Source of the DNA: Candidatus Magasanikiibacteriota bacterium
GTDB lineage: Bacteria; Patescibacteriota; Patescibacteriia; Magasanikbacterales; GWA2-37-8
NCBI GenBank assembly: GCA_041665405.1
Contig: JBAYIZ010000003.1
Coordinates: 2,589-66,588, forward strand
Length of the DNA: 64,000 bases
Reading direction: 5' to 3'
The position numbers were made by a program, and so were the translations under genes. Position 1 is the first letter of the stretch. Every line of letters starts with the position of its first letter. The notes under the pieces were generated by a model, which had not been told where the DNA came from, did no database searches, and worked only from the letters and a program-made list of their open reading frames with translations. Shown here piece by piece: positions 35,550 to 46,066 of this stretch.

Positions 35550-36569
35550 ATGCAAAAAGTTTTGATTGCTACAACTAATCCAGGAAAATTTGGCGAAATC
35601 GTTAGCTATTTTAGCGATTTGAGTTTTAAATTTGTGAATTTGAAAGATGTTGGATTGGATAAGGTTGAAGCAGAAGAACCATTTGATACAACTTGGGAAA
35701 ACGCCTTGAATAAGGCAAAATTCTACGCCAAAAAAAGCGGACTACTGACTGTGGCTGAAGATACTGCATTTTATGTTAATCATCTTAAAGGAATGCCGGG
35801 CATTAAAGCCAAACGATTTGCCCTGACTCCTGAGGCGCGCAATGAAAAAATTCTCAAACTACTAAAAGGTATACCAACCTCAAAACGTGACGCCTATTTT
35901 GAAACACATGCTTGCGTATACCATCCAGATACTGACGTCTTTGCAGTTTTTCCAGGTAGAGTAGATGGTTTAATTTCAGAAAAAAGTATTTGCGATTTCA
36001 GAAAAGGAATGAACTATGATTGTGTTTTTTATTACCCACCATTAAAAAAGAATTTTTCTGAACTTACAATTGCTGAGAAAAATATTGTCAGTCACCGAGG
36101 ATTGGCAATATCAAAAGTTAGATTCTATTTTGCCAAACAATTCTCTTTCAGACAAATGATTGTGCCGGCGGCCATTATTATAAAAGATAAAAAACTTTTT
36201 TTTACTAAACGACGCGATATTCGCAAAGATTTTAACAACAAATGGGAATTTCCTGGCGGGGGAGTAGATAGGGGAGAATCCATTATAAACTGCTTAAAAC
36301 GCGAGGTAAAAGAAGAAACAGGCTTTGACATTGAACCTGTTGAATTATTACCAGAGATAATGACTCGTGTAGAAAATAAATTCAACTACCAAGTGTTCTT
36401 ACCAATATATATTTGTAAAATCACATCGGGAAAGATCAATATTGCTGATAATGAAACCGCCGATTATGGCTGGTTCACTTTGCAGGAATCCTTGAAACTA
36501 GATTTTTTACCATTGAACAAAGAAATTATTCAACAACATAAAAACATTTTGAAAAAATATTTAGAATAA
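35550..36569 (+). CDS. RdgB/HAM1 non-canonical NTP pyrophosphatase fused to NUDIX hydrolase
   Basis: ATTNPGK, ENA..KA, SHRG; Nudix box GG.V..GE...CLKREVKEETG. Confidence 0.9.
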   Translation: MQKVLIATTNPGKFGEIVSYFSDLSFKFVNLKDVGLDKVEAEEPFDTTWENALNKAKFYAKKSGLLTVAEDTAFYVNHLKGMPGIKAKRFALTPEARNEKILKLLKGIPTSKRDAYFETHACVYHPDTDVFAVFPGRVDGLISEKSICDFRKGMNYDCVFYYPPLKKNFSELTIAEKNIVSHRGLAISKVRFYFAKQFSFRQMIVPAAIIIKDKKLFFTKRRDIRKDFNNKWEFPGGGVDRGESIINCLKREVKEETGFDIEPVELLPEIMTRVENKFNYQVFLPIYICKITSGKINIADNETADYGWFTLQESLKLDFLPLNKEIIQQHKNILKKYLE

Positions 36570-36573
36570 ACAT

Positions 36574-37809
36574 ATGTTAGATATAAAATTTATTCGAGAA
36601 AACATCAAACTAGTAAAACAAAATTGCATCAATCGAAAAGTCAAAATCGATTTTGATAAGTTGTTGCAAACAGATGAACAGCGCCGTACTCTGCTAAAAA
36701 AAGTAGAAGAATTGCGCGCTACTCGAAATCAAAAATCAAAAGGCAAACCTACCGAAGAAGAAATCGCTCAGATGCGTTCAGTCGGTGATAGTATCAAGGA
36801 AATTGAATCTGAATTAGAAACTGTCGAGCTTGAATACAAAAATTATCTGATGGCAATTCCGAATCTAACACATCCAGATAGCCCAGTAGGTGACGAAAAG
36901 GATTACAAAGTTGTCTTTCAAAGTAAAAAACCTTTTAAATTAAACTTTACTCCAAAGGATCATGAAGAATTATTGATTCAAAAAGACCTAATAGATTTTG
37001 AGCGGGGGACAAAGGTGTCCGGGGCAAAATTCTATTTTACAAAAAATAATCTAGTGCGATTAAACCAAGCGTTGATAAATTATGGAATAGACGTGGTCAC
37101 CAAACACGGATTTACTCTGATGGAAACTCCGGATTTGGCCAAAAATGAAATACTCACAGGCGTTGGATTCAATCCACGAGGAAATGAAACACAAATATAT
37201 TCCATCGAAAATACTGACCTTAGTCTTATTGGAACGGCCGAAATTACTATGGGAGGATATCACGCCGATGAGGTATTGGATCTAAATGAAGGTCAAAAGA
37301 AATACCTAGCAATTTCCCATTGTTTCCGTACTGAGGCAGGGGCCTATGGACGCACCAACAAAGGATTGTACCGTGTTCATCAGTTCACCAAGTTAGAAAT
37401 GTTTATTTATTGCAAACCGGAAGAAAGTGAAAAGTTACATCAAGAAGTTTTGGACATTGAAAAGGAAATCATCGAAGGACTGGGATTGAATTACCGAGTG
37501 ATAGACATTCCTTCTGGAGATTTGGGTGGCCCAGCTTATCGCAAATACGATCTTGAAGCCTGGATGACAATGAATGATGGCTTTGGAGAAATTACCAGCT
37601 GTAGCAACTGTACCGATTATCAATCACGCCGATTAAACATTAAATACCGCAAAGACAATGGTGAAACCGAGCTGGTGCACACGCTCAATGGTACCGCCGT
37701 CGTGCTCAGTCGTTTCCCCATAGCGATTGTAGAACAATATCAACAAGCGGATGGATCGATTTTAATTCCTAAAGTACTGCAACCTTATTGCGGCTTTGAA
37801 AGACTATAA
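36574..37809 (+). CDS. serS: seryl-tRNA synthetase
   Basis: MLDIKFIR, GTAE, FRTEAG, RVHQF, HTLNGT. Confidence 0.97.
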   Translation: MLDIKFIRENIKLVKQNCINRKVKIDFDKLLQTDEQRRTLLKKVEELRATRNQKSKGKPTEEEIAQMRSVGDSIKEIESELETVELEYKNYLMAIPNLTHPDSPVGDEKDYKVVFQSKKPFKLNFTPKDHEELLIQKDLIDFERGTKVSGAKFYFTKNNLVRLNQALINYGIDVVTKHGFTLMETPDLAKNEILTGVGFNPRGNETQIYSIENTDLSLIGTAEITMGGYHADEVLDLNEGQKKYLAISHCFRTEAGAYGRTNKGLYRVHQFTKLEMFIYCKPEESEKLHQEVLDIEKEIIEGLGLNYRVIDIPSGDLGGPAYRKYDLEAWMTMNDGFGEITSCSNCTDYQSRRLNIKYRKDNGETELVHTLNGTAVVLSRFPIAIVEQYQQADGSILIPKVLQPYCGFERL

Positions 37810-37815
37810 TTATTT

Positions 37816-39627
37816 ATGCAGAAAATCAGAAATATTGCCATCATCGCTCACGTTGATCACGGAAAAACAACATTGGTAGATGCTCTATTGCACCAGGCAA
37901 AAACAAAATTTAGTAAAGACACCATCGACCAGATTTGTGTTATGGATAGTAACGACCTTGAAAAAGAACGCGGCATTACTATTTTTTCCAAAAACGCTTC
38001 CGTGCGTTGGGGTGATCATAAAGTAAATATTATTGATACTCCAGGACATGCCGACTTCGGCGGAGAAGTGGAGCGCGTTTTGACTATGGCCGACGGCTGT
38101 TTACTTTTGGTTGATGCCAAGGAAGGTCCGATGCCGCAAACTCGTTTCGTACTCAAAAAAGCATTGGAGATGAAGCTGAAGGTAATCGTAGTAATAAATA
38201 AAATTGACAAACCAGATGCTCGTTGTGCTTACGCACTCGATAAAACTTTTGATTTGTTTTTGGAATTGGGTGCTGATGATGAAACTGCCAGCTTCCCAGT
38301 TATCTACGCTAGTGCCAAACAAGGTTTAGCAGGATTAGAACCAGACCTGAGTAAAATGACTGACGTCAGTCCATTATTTGATACTGTTTTAAGTTATATT
38401 CCAGAACCAAGTGGAGACGCTGAGAAACCATTACAGATGCTTATTACCACATTATCTGCCGATAACTATAAAGGGCGTATTGCTACTGGAAAATTATTGA
38501 ACGGCCGTATGAAAGCCAACCAAGAAGTGGCACGCATTCGTCGTGATGGTACTATTTCGAAACATCGGATTGTCGCTTTGATGACATTTGAAGGATTGGA
38601 CCGTTGTACTACAGAAGATGCTGAGGCAGGGGACATTGTCGCCATTGCCGGTATTACGGATGGTATGATCGGAGAAACTATTGCAGATCCAATCAATCCA
38701 ATCGCCTTACCGATTTTAAAAATTGAAGAACCAACTGTAAAGATGACCTTCATGGTCAATGATTCTCCATTTGCTGGGAAAGAAGGTCAGTTTACCACTT
38801 CTCGTCAAATCAATGAAAGACTTTTCAAAGAACTGGAAACTGACATGGCGTTGAGGATTGTAAATGGTGATAATAATGATTGGATCGTGTCTGGAAGAGG
38901 GGAATTGCATTTGGCTATTTTGATCGAACGTTTACGTCGTGAAGGTTATGAGATTCAAGTGTCTCGCCCACAAGTAATCGTAAAGGAAATCGATGGACAA
39001 AAAATGGTACCTTTTGAAACTGTTTATATCGAAGCACCAGAATTTGCTTCTGGATCAGTGATTCAAAAACTTGGCTCCCGCCATGGTTTGATGCAACATA
39101 TGAATGTGGAAAATGGTATCATCTTTGCTGAGTTCTTGATTCCAACTCGTGGTTTGTTTGGATATCGTACTGAATTTTTGACCGACACCAAAGGCTCCGG
39201 CATTATCAACACTATCTTCAATGGCTATTATCCAGATCCAGGAAATTGGAACGAACGCGATCAGGGATCTCTGGTGGCTCACGAAACTGGTATTACCAAT
39301 CTATATGGATTGTTAAACGCTCAAGAGAGAGGCTCATTGTTCTTAGGACCAGCAATTAATGTTTATTCCGGACAAGTTGTTGGTCAACATGCCCGCACTG
39401 GTGATCTGCGAGTAAACGTATGTAAAACCAAAGCCTTATCGAATATGCGTTCCAAGGGTGATGGCGTATCCGAACATTTCAATACTCCAAAAATCATGGA
39501 CTTGGAAGATGCCTTGGAATATATTGGTGATGATGAATTGGTAGAAATTACTCCAAAAACTATCCGCCTACGCAAAAAAATATTAAGCGAAAGTGAAGCT
39601 CGTAAAAAATTGTTGGGTATAAAATAA
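37816..39627 (+). CDS. typA: translational GTPase TypA/BipA
   Basis: [30 protein letters not shown]. Confidence 0.97.
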   Translation: MQKIRNIAIIAHVDHGKTTLVDALLHQAKTKFSKDTIDQICVMDSNDLEKERGITIFSKNASVRWGDHKVNIIDTPGHADFGGEVERVLTMADGCLLLVDAKEGPMPQTRFVLKKALEMKLKVIVVINKIDKPDARCAYALDKTFDLFLELGADDETASFPVIYASAKQGLAGLEPDLSKMTDVSPLFDTVLSYIPEPSGDAEKPLQMLITTLSADNYKGRIATGKLLNGRMKANQEVARIRRDGTISKHRIVALMTFEGLDRCTTEDAEAGDIVAIAGITDGMIGETIADPINPIALPILKIEEPTVKMTFMVNDSPFAGKEGQFTTSRQINERLFKELETDMALRIVNGDNNDWIVSGRGELHLAILIERLRREGYEIQVSRPQVIVKEIDGQKMVPFETVYIEAPEFASGSVIQKLGSRHGLMQHMNVENGIIFAEFLIPTRGLFGYRTEFLTDTKGSGIINTIFNGYYPDPGNWNERDQGSLVAHETGITNLYGLLNAQERGSLFLGPAINVYSGQVVGQHARTGDLRVNVCKTKALSNMRSKGDGVSEHFNTPKIMDLEDALEYIGDDELVEITPKTIRLRKKILSESEARKKLLGIK

Positions 39628-39628
39628 T

Positions 39629-40741
39629 ATGCTTACGCAAATCGTGATCAATAAGAAAGCGATTGAACATAATCTGAAACAATTCAAAAAACTGATAGGC
39701 AAAGACACTCTACTGATGCCAGTAGTGAAGTCGAATGCCTACGGACACGGAATGATTGAGGTTGCAAAAATTTGTGACCTCAATTCTTTTGTTGACCGCA
39801 TTTGTGTGGTGAACCTAGATGAGGCGATTAGTCTTATCAATCATGGCATCAAAAAACCAATAATGATTTTAAGTTTCTACGAATTGGATGCGACCAAAAT
39901 TAAAATAGCAATAAAACGTGGGGTAATTTTTCCGGTATATTTATTAGATCAAATCCACTTTTTAAACAAAATATCCAAATCGATTGGGGAGAAGGTTAAA
40001 GTTCATTTAAAAATAGACACTGGTGCTACTAGAATTGGAGTGATGCCAAAAGAGGCCTTTGAGTTCGTTCAAAGTATAATCTATTTGAAAAATTTACAAT
40101 TAGAAGGAATTTGGAGTCATTTTGCTTCCAGTGAAGATGATTTTGAATATACAAAAAAACAACAAGGTGTGTTCAATAAGGTAGTAGACGAACTGGAGAA
40201 AAACGATATTTATATCCCTATCAAGCACCTTGCCTGCTCGGCCGCTACAATTTTTCATAAAAATTCCCATTACAGTGCCATTCGATTGGGTCTAAGTTTG
40301 TATGGTTTATATCCCAATGAAAAAAGTAAAAAAAATATTAAACTAAAACCTGTATTATCTTTGAATACAAAAGTTATTCAAGTAAAAAATATTGAACCAA
40401 ATACCAAAATCGGGTATGGGGGTACTTATAAAACAAAGAAAAAAACAAAAATCGCTATCTTACCAGTGGGCTATTGGGATGGTCTAGATCGAAAGCTGTC
40501 CAACGTTGGTCATGTGTTGATAAAGGGAGTTAGATGTCCAATACGTGGCCGAATTTGCATGAATTTAATGATGGTTGATGCCTCTAGCGTGAAAAAGGTA
40601 GTGGTAGGCGATAGTGTGACTATCATAGGCAAACAGGGAAAGCGCGTGATTACTATTGATGAATTATCCAAACAAATTGGTACTATAAATTATGAAGTAG
40701 TGGACAGAATTAATCCGCTAATTCCTCGACAAGTTGTCTAA
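39629..40741 (+). CDS. alr: alanine racemase
   Basis: VVKSNAYGHG, KIDTG, GRICM. Confidence 0.96.
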   Translation: MLTQIVINKKAIEHNLKQFKKLIGKDTLLMPVVKSNAYGHGMIEVAKICDLNSFVDRICVVNLDEAISLINHGIKKPIMILSFYELDATKIKIAIKRGVIFPVYLLDQIHFLNKISKSIGEKVKVHLKIDTGATRIGVMPKEAFEFVQSIIYLKNLQLEGIWSHFASSEDDFEYTKKQQGVFNKVVDELEKNDIYIPIKHLACSAATIFHKNSHYSAIRLGLSLYGLYPNEKSKKNIKLKPVLSLNTKVIQVKNIEPNTKIGYGGTYKTKKKTKIAILPVGYWDGLDRKLSNVGHVLIKGVRCPIRGRICMNLMMVDASSVKKVVVGDSVTIIGKQGKRVITIDELSKQIGTINYEVVDRINPLIPRQVV

Positions 40742-40743
40742 TT

Positions 40744-41715
40744 ATGCAATATTTTCATTCCAACAAAAATTTTAACCAATACAAACCACACCAATCTTTT
40801 TGGCAGAAATTAAGATCTAAACGCCAAAAGAAACAGGCGGCGAGTAATTTTACCCAATCTACCTTAAAAAATCCCTATAAGAAAGAAGCACCTATTTCAA
40901 AAAACAAAACTAAGCTAGTTTTGGTATTTTTCTTTGTTCTTATTATTAGTTGGCTTGTCTTAATTTTGACACTGCCATATTTTAAGATATGTAAAATTAT
41001 CGTGATTGGTAATAAGATTACCAAGGCAGTTGAAGTGGAGAACTATGTTCGACAGAATAATTTTTCAATTAATAATTATTTCTTGTTTCCAGACAAATCT
41101 ACCGCAGATAAGATTAAAGAGGTGTTTTTGTATGAGAACACACAGATAAAAAAGATTTTTCCAGATACTATTGAGATAACCGTGACCGAAAAACCAGCCA
41201 GTGTAATTTATGATGATGGTGCTAACTACTATCTATTAGATGCAGATGGCAAGATTATCAAACAACTGATTGAATTTGCTAATTTACCTATTGTTATACC
41301 AATTTCTACATCCACAAGCTCTACAACGCCAAATAACGACCTTGTTGGCGCTACTACCACTATAAAAGTAACAACTAATGTTTACAAACAAATTCAGGGT
41401 GCTTATGGAAATTTTCCGATTATTTTGAATGACAAATTTTATTCAGAAAAAAATCTAATTTCAACAAGGATTATTACTACAGCCAACGAATGGTCAAAAC
41501 GTCTAAGAGAGCAAGGAATAGGGGAGGTACAGTATTTCAAGACTGGGGATACTGATTTCAACCTAAAAGTGTATTTAAAACAACCTTGGCATATACTGAT
41601 CAATACCGAATTGGATTCACAGATTCAAATGCAAAATTTAAAAACAATTTTATCCAACAACAAACCGACAGAGTATATCGATTTGCGATTTGGTGAACGT
41701 GTGTACTGGAAATAA
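40744..41715 (+). CDS. FtsQ/DivIB-like POTRA protein
   Basis: TM + POTRA (KIFPDTI.I.VTEK) and C-terminal YIDLRFGERVY. Confidence 0.75.
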   Translation: MQYFHSNKNFNQYKPHQSFWQKLRSKRQKKQAASNFTQSTLKNPYKKEAPISKNKTKLVLVFFFVLIISWLVLILTLPYFKICKIIVIGNKITKAVEVENYVRQNNFSINNYFLFPDKSTADKIKEVFLYENTQIKKIFPDTIEITVTEKPASVIYDDGANYYLLDADGKIIKQLIEFANLPIVIPISTSTSSTTPNNDLVGATTTIKVTTNVYKQIQGAYGNFPIILNDKFYSEKNLISTRIITTANEWSKRLREQGIGEVQYFKTGDTDFNLKVYLKQPWHILINTELDSQIQMQNLKTILSNNKPTEYIDLRFGERVYWK

Positions 41716-41797
41716 ATTTCAAATGAACTTCGATAGAGGAGTGGTGTAAAAACCATGTGGATAAGTAGTCTTTACTATTTATTAGCTTTGTTATAGT

Positions 41798-41825
41798 ATT
41801 GAGTATAATAACTCTTACACTCATA
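41798..41825. other. candidate dif-like recombination site (11-6-11)
   Basis: ATTGAGTATAA-TAACTC-TTACACTCATA, 45 bp upstream of the Xer gene. Confidence 0.5.
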
Positions 41826-41870
41826 ACTATATAAGCCTTTTGGGCTTAAATATGATATAATGAATACCAT

Positions 41871-42824
41871 ATGACTATAAACACCATCTCTCTACCTTAT
41901 CTTGATGATTTTATTTTAAATCTCAAAGCAAATAATTTCTCCGAAGAAACTGCTTATAATTATGAACGTGATTTAAAAACTTTTGAATCATTTTTATCTA
42001 ATGATATTAAAAAACCATTTGAACAGATAAACAAAACGGATATTTTGCGTTTTAAAGCATATCTAAGTTCATCAGATCGTAAAACCGCTGAAGACCACAA
42101 GCCAGAAAAGAAACTGAATAGTTATTCGATAAACCGAATACTCTCTGCCCTACGCTCATATTTGAAGTTTATGGAAGAAATGGACCACACTCCACCTGTG
42201 TCCACTAGCGCCATAAAACTATTAAAAAACGAAAAAAAACATGCTCGAGTACCAGAATTTGAGGTATTGATAAAACTAATTGAATCTCCTACCGTTTATG
42301 AAAAAGATATTCAAATAGCATTAAGAAATCGAGCTATGCTGGAGACACTGTTTGCAACTGGCATGCGTATTTCCGAATTATTATCATTAAAAGTTGAACA
42401 AATTGACCAAACAGGCAAAATATATGTGATGGGTAAAGGAAAAAAACAACGTTTTGTATATCTCACTCCCCGTGCATTACAACATTTAAAAAATTATCTT
42501 GCCAAACGCGCATGCGTTTCTGATATGTTGTTTGTCCCCTATCGTGGAAAAAATAATAATGAAAAAAACAAAAAACTATCAGCAAATTATTTACAATATA
42601 AAATAAAACAATATAGACAATATTTGGATATCAATCTACCTATTAGTGCCCACACCTTACGCCACGGTTTTGCCACATTTTTGGCCGAAAAAGGTGCTAA
42701 TCCGGCCGCAATTCAAATTCTATTAGGACACGAATCCCTAGACACAACCACCAGATATGTACATGCTTCAGACCGATACGCAGAAAAAACTCACCACGAT
42801 TTTCATCCCCTATTCGATAAATAA
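41871..42824 (+). CDS. XerC/D-type tyrosine recombinase
   Basis: TGMRISEL, GKG.K.R, HTLRHGFAT, LLGH...TT.RY. Confidence 0.92.
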   Translation: MTINTISLPYLDDFILNLKANNFSEETAYNYERDLKTFESFLSNDIKKPFEQINKTDILRFKAYLSSSDRKTAEDHKPEKKLNSYSINRILSALRSYLKFMEEMDHTPPVSTSAIKLLKNEKKHARVPEFEVLIKLIESPTVYEKDIQIALRNRAMLETLFATGMRISELLSLKVEQIDQTGKIYVMGKGKKQRFVYLTPRALQHLKNYLAKRACVSDMLFVPYRGKNNNEKNKKLSANYLQYKIKQYRQYLDINLPISAHTLRHGFATFLAEKGANPAAIQILLGHESLDTTTRYVHASDRYAEKTHHDFHPLFDK

Positions 42825-42830
42825 AACAAA

Positions 42831-42853
42831 AAAACCACCGCAAGGTGGTTTTA
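42831..42853. terminator. bidirectional terminator
   Basis: aaaaccacc-gcaa-ggtggtttt between convergent genes. Confidence 0.8.
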
Positions 42854-42869
42854 AAAATTATTATTATAT

Positions 42870-43763
42870 TTATGTCTTTGATTTCAAACTTAAAAATGCA
42901 CGTCTGACTTCGTCAAAATGCGCCTTTAATTTTTGTTTTAATAATTCCCCTTCTGAATTATTAGAGATTGAACTCAAAGTACTGTCTTCATATTTATCCA
43001 AATCACTCATAGCATTATCATCGAGCTCTTCATACTGACCAATTTTATTTAATATATGAATTAGAGTATCAACCTCTCCATTGTGCTCGATATTTTTTCG
43101 TGCGACAATCGCGTTATCATACTTCTCAACAACATCTTTTTTAGGATGATATTGTAAAACAAAACCAAGGCCAAGAGGTTCAGGTTTGATACTACTTCTG
43201 CGTACATAAGGATGTAAAACTTCTTTACTTCTAGAAATTTCTGAAGCCATATCACTATTAATGTAGCCTAAAATTACTTTTCCAATATTAGGAAATGCAC
43301 TGGTCAACTGTTCCTGTGCATTTTTTAAAGTATTACCTGTAGAGATTAATTCATCAACTACTAAAACTACCTTACCATCAAAAACATCTTTGGATAAATC
43401 GTATGTTATTTTTGTTCGTCGTACTCTCTCAGACATCTCTTCGGTTTTAAGCTTACGATGACTTTTGCCAGCTATAAACCTTATTTCTGGCGGTTTAATA
43501 CCGGGATAAACCCTTTTCCATAATGATTTTATAAATAAAGCCAAGGGCCTTGAACTGATATCTAATATCACCAATGTATCAACCTTATTTTCATAAATAC
43601 TAACTACAAAATCAATCCCCTGTTCAATATAATTTTTCCTATTTTCCGGTAAAAACAATCCATCATCATTATAATTTTCAAAATATGATGAATAATCTTG
43701 TTTATTTTTCATCAACAACTCAGGAAATTCGTCTGATTTAAAATAGCTTGGCTCACGTCTCAT
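42870..43763 (-). CDS. phosphoribosyltransferase-fold protein
   Basis: VLVVDELISTGNTL PRPP-binding motif. Confidence 0.7.
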   Translation of the reverse strand: MRREPSYFKSDEFPELLMKNKQDYSSYFENYNDDGLFLPENRKNYIEQGIDFVVSIYENKVDTLVILDISSRPLALFIKSLWKRVYPGIKPPEIRFIAGKSHRKLKTEEMSERVRRTKITYDLSKDVFDGKVVLVVDELISTGNTLKNAQEQLTSAFPNIGKVILGYINSDMASEISRSKEVLHPYVRRSSIKPEPLGLGFVLQYHPKKDVVEKYDNAIVARKNIEHNGEVDTLIHILNKIGQYEELDDNAMSDLDKYEDSTLSSISNNSEGELLKQKLKAHFDEVRRAFLSLKSKT

Positions 43764-43771
43764 AATAAATT

Positions 43772-44749
43772 TTACTTAGCAACTTCAATAATCAAATCCA
43801 GCATCTTACTAAATGGTATCCCCGCTTTCCCGGCCGCCTCTGGGAACAAACTGGTTGCGGTCATCCCAGGAATAGTATTTGTTTCAATCACATACACTTT
43901 TTTATCGTCACCATAAAAGAAATCCGTGCGACTCATACCACGACAGCTCAAGGCCAAATGCGCCTTCACGGCATAATCTTGCATCTGTTTATTTATTTCC
44001 TCAGGAAAATCTGCCGGACACACATGTTTTGAACCACCAGCGGCGTATTTTGATTTATAATCATAAAATTTTCCCAGTTGCGGTAAAATATGAGTTGGGG
44101 GTAATGCAAAAGCCTCACCTTTTTTCTCCAAAATTCCACAGGTGGCCTCTTGCCCTTTGATAAACCGTTGGGCCATCAACCAAGGATATTTTTTAATCGT
44201 TTTATTTATCGCTTTTATCAAATCGTCTTCAGTTTTAATTATCGAAACACCTACGGCCGAACCTTGATCAACCGGTTTTACCACACACGGATATCCAACC
44301 TGATCATTAATCGCTTTCAAAATATCTTTTTTAAATTTTTTCCAATATTTGGCAGTAATATCAATAAACTCTGGATGTGGTATTTTCCAAACATGGTACA
44401 TCAAACCAGCATATACTTTATTCATACACAAAGCACTGCTCAAAGTATTTGGTCCTGTATATTTAATTCCCAAAGTCTCAAACATACCTTGCACAGAGCC
44501 GTCTTCACCTGGTGATCCGTGCAAAGCAACAAAAATAACATCAAAAGATTTACGATCCTTATTTACGAAATCTACCGCTCGTTTATTTTTGCCAACAACA
44601 ATAAATTTACTATCCTTGGTCATTTCAATCAAAGTTGGTAAATATTTTGAACGGTCAAGATTATCAAAAACCGCCTGACCAGTAATCAACGAAATCTCTC
44701 GTTCAGACGATGTACCTCCGTACAAAACTCCAATCTTCAACTTAGACAT
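43772..44749 (-). CDS. ddl: D-alanine--D-alanine ligase
   Basis: GGTSSEREIS, LHG.PGEDG, ETNTIPGMT. Confidence 0.96.
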   Translation of the reverse strand: MSKLKIGVLYGGTSSEREISLITGQAVFDNLDRSKYLPTLIEMTKDSKFIVVGKNKRAVDFVNKDRKSFDVIFVALHGSPGEDGSVQGMFETLGIKYTGPNTLSSALCMNKVYAGLMYHVWKIPHPEFIDITAKYWKKFKKDILKAINDQVGYPCVVKPVDQGSAVGVSIIKTEDDLIKAINKTIKKYPWLMAQRFIKGQEATCGILEKKGEAFALPPTHILPQLGKFYDYKSKYAAGGSKHVCPADFPEEINKQMQDYAVKAHLALSCRGMSRTDFFYGDDKKVYVIETNTIPGMTATSLFPEAAGKAGIPFSKMLDLIIEVAK

Positions 44750-44765
44750 AATAAATTAAATTATA

Positions 44766-45989
44766 TTAAGGTAAATAATTTTCTGCATTAACTGGTATAC
44801 CATTCAAGCGTACCTCAAAATGCAAATGGGCACCAGTTACAAACGGACCAGACCCTACCATTCCAGGTGTACCACCAGAATATCCGATAATATCCCCCTT
44901 TGTTACAAATTGATCTTCGGTAACAGTAATACGACTCAAATGACCATAAAGGGTGGACAGATTACCATTGTGAATCAGTAAAATATAACTATAGCAACTA
45001 GCCACGGTACAGCGTTTGGCACGTCCTATATAGCCCGAATTTGAGGCCACAATAGGCGAACCCTGTGGAGAGCGAATATCAGTACCACTATGTTCAAAAA
45101 CTCGTCTAAATGGGTAATCTGGATCATGGAAAGCTGAGGTAACATAACGTCCACTCACCGGCCACACGAAATCGCCCGGTTTGGCTGGAATATTTTTAAA
45201 CCGATCCTGATCGGCCAGTTTTTTCCTCACTTGATCTTCATATGAACGCACTTCATTTTCTACTAATTTATATTGCTGACGCAAACTATCAAGCAATGTT
45301 CTATATTTCAATTCAGAAGATTGAGTTTGAACCAACAGCGTTTGTTTGGTACCCATACTTTCATTCAAATCTTTCTTTTTATTTTCCAGTTGCACCAACA
45401 ACTCGTCATATGTTTTTCGACGTTCTTCTGCTTGGGCCTTTTTCTTATCCAAATCTTCTTTGATCAACCTCACTTGTTTTACTGTACGTCCCAAGTCTGT
45501 ATACACATCTTCTAGATACTTAGCTTGATTATAAAATTCGGCAAAATTGTCATTGGTCAACATTATCTCCAAAAAGTTCTTTTGATCATTAGCGTGCAGA
45601 TCTTGAATTATTTTTGATATAATTTTTTTCTGTTTATCCATGGTTTCTTGTTTTTGCGCAATTGAAATACTCAGGGCTTCAATTTCTAATTCTGTTTTAT
45701 CAAGCTTCGCTGATGTCAAGCTAACATCCGCCTCCGCCTGGGCGATACGATTTTCCAAAATACTCATCTGATTTTTCAGAGACACGGCTTCAGTACGTTT
45801 TTGAGCAATATTGTTATTATACTTCGCAATCGTATCTTCCAACTCTTTAATCTTATCTTTGCGAGTTTCAATCTGTTTGTTGAGTTGATCAATCTCAGCG
45901 GTAGTATCATCAGCCGACACAAAAAGCCGGGTTGTAAAAGCCACCCCGATTATAAACAATATCACTAAAAATTTTGATATTTTAGTCAT
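44766..45989 (-). CDS. coiled-coil M23 peptidase (EnvC/CwlO-like)
   Basis: Signal peptide, long coiled coil, HSGTD, YGHLS, HLHFE. Confidence 0.9.
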   Translation of the reverse strand: MTKISKFLVILFIIGVAFTTRLFVSADDTTAEIDQLNKQIETRKDKIKELEDTIAKYNNNIAQKRTEAVSLKNQMSILENRIAQAEADVSLTSAKLDKTELEIEALSISIAQKQETMDKQKKIISKIIQDLHANDQKNFLEIMLTNDNFAEFYNQAKYLEDVYTDLGRTVKQVRLIKEDLDKKKAQAEERRKTYDELLVQLENKKKDLNESMGTKQTLLVQTQSSELKYRTLLDSLRQQYKLVENEVRSYEDQVRKKLADQDRFKNIPAKPGDFVWPVSGRYVTSAFHDPDYPFRRVFEHSGTDIRSPQGSPIVASNSGYIGRAKRCTVASCYSYILLIHNGNLSTLYGHLSRITVTEDQFVTKGDIIGYSGGTPGMVGSGPFVTGAHLHFEVRLNGIPVNAENYLP

Positions 45990-46066
45990 GATGAAATTAT
46001 ACCATATATATAAAAAAAATTGAACAACGAGTGTTCAATTTTTAGAATTCTATCTGAGATGTAATC

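Noticed and set aside
41871-42824. Prophage or ICE integrase
   Set aside because: XerC/D-sized, in housekeeping context, with no phage or conjugation genes or att duplication seen
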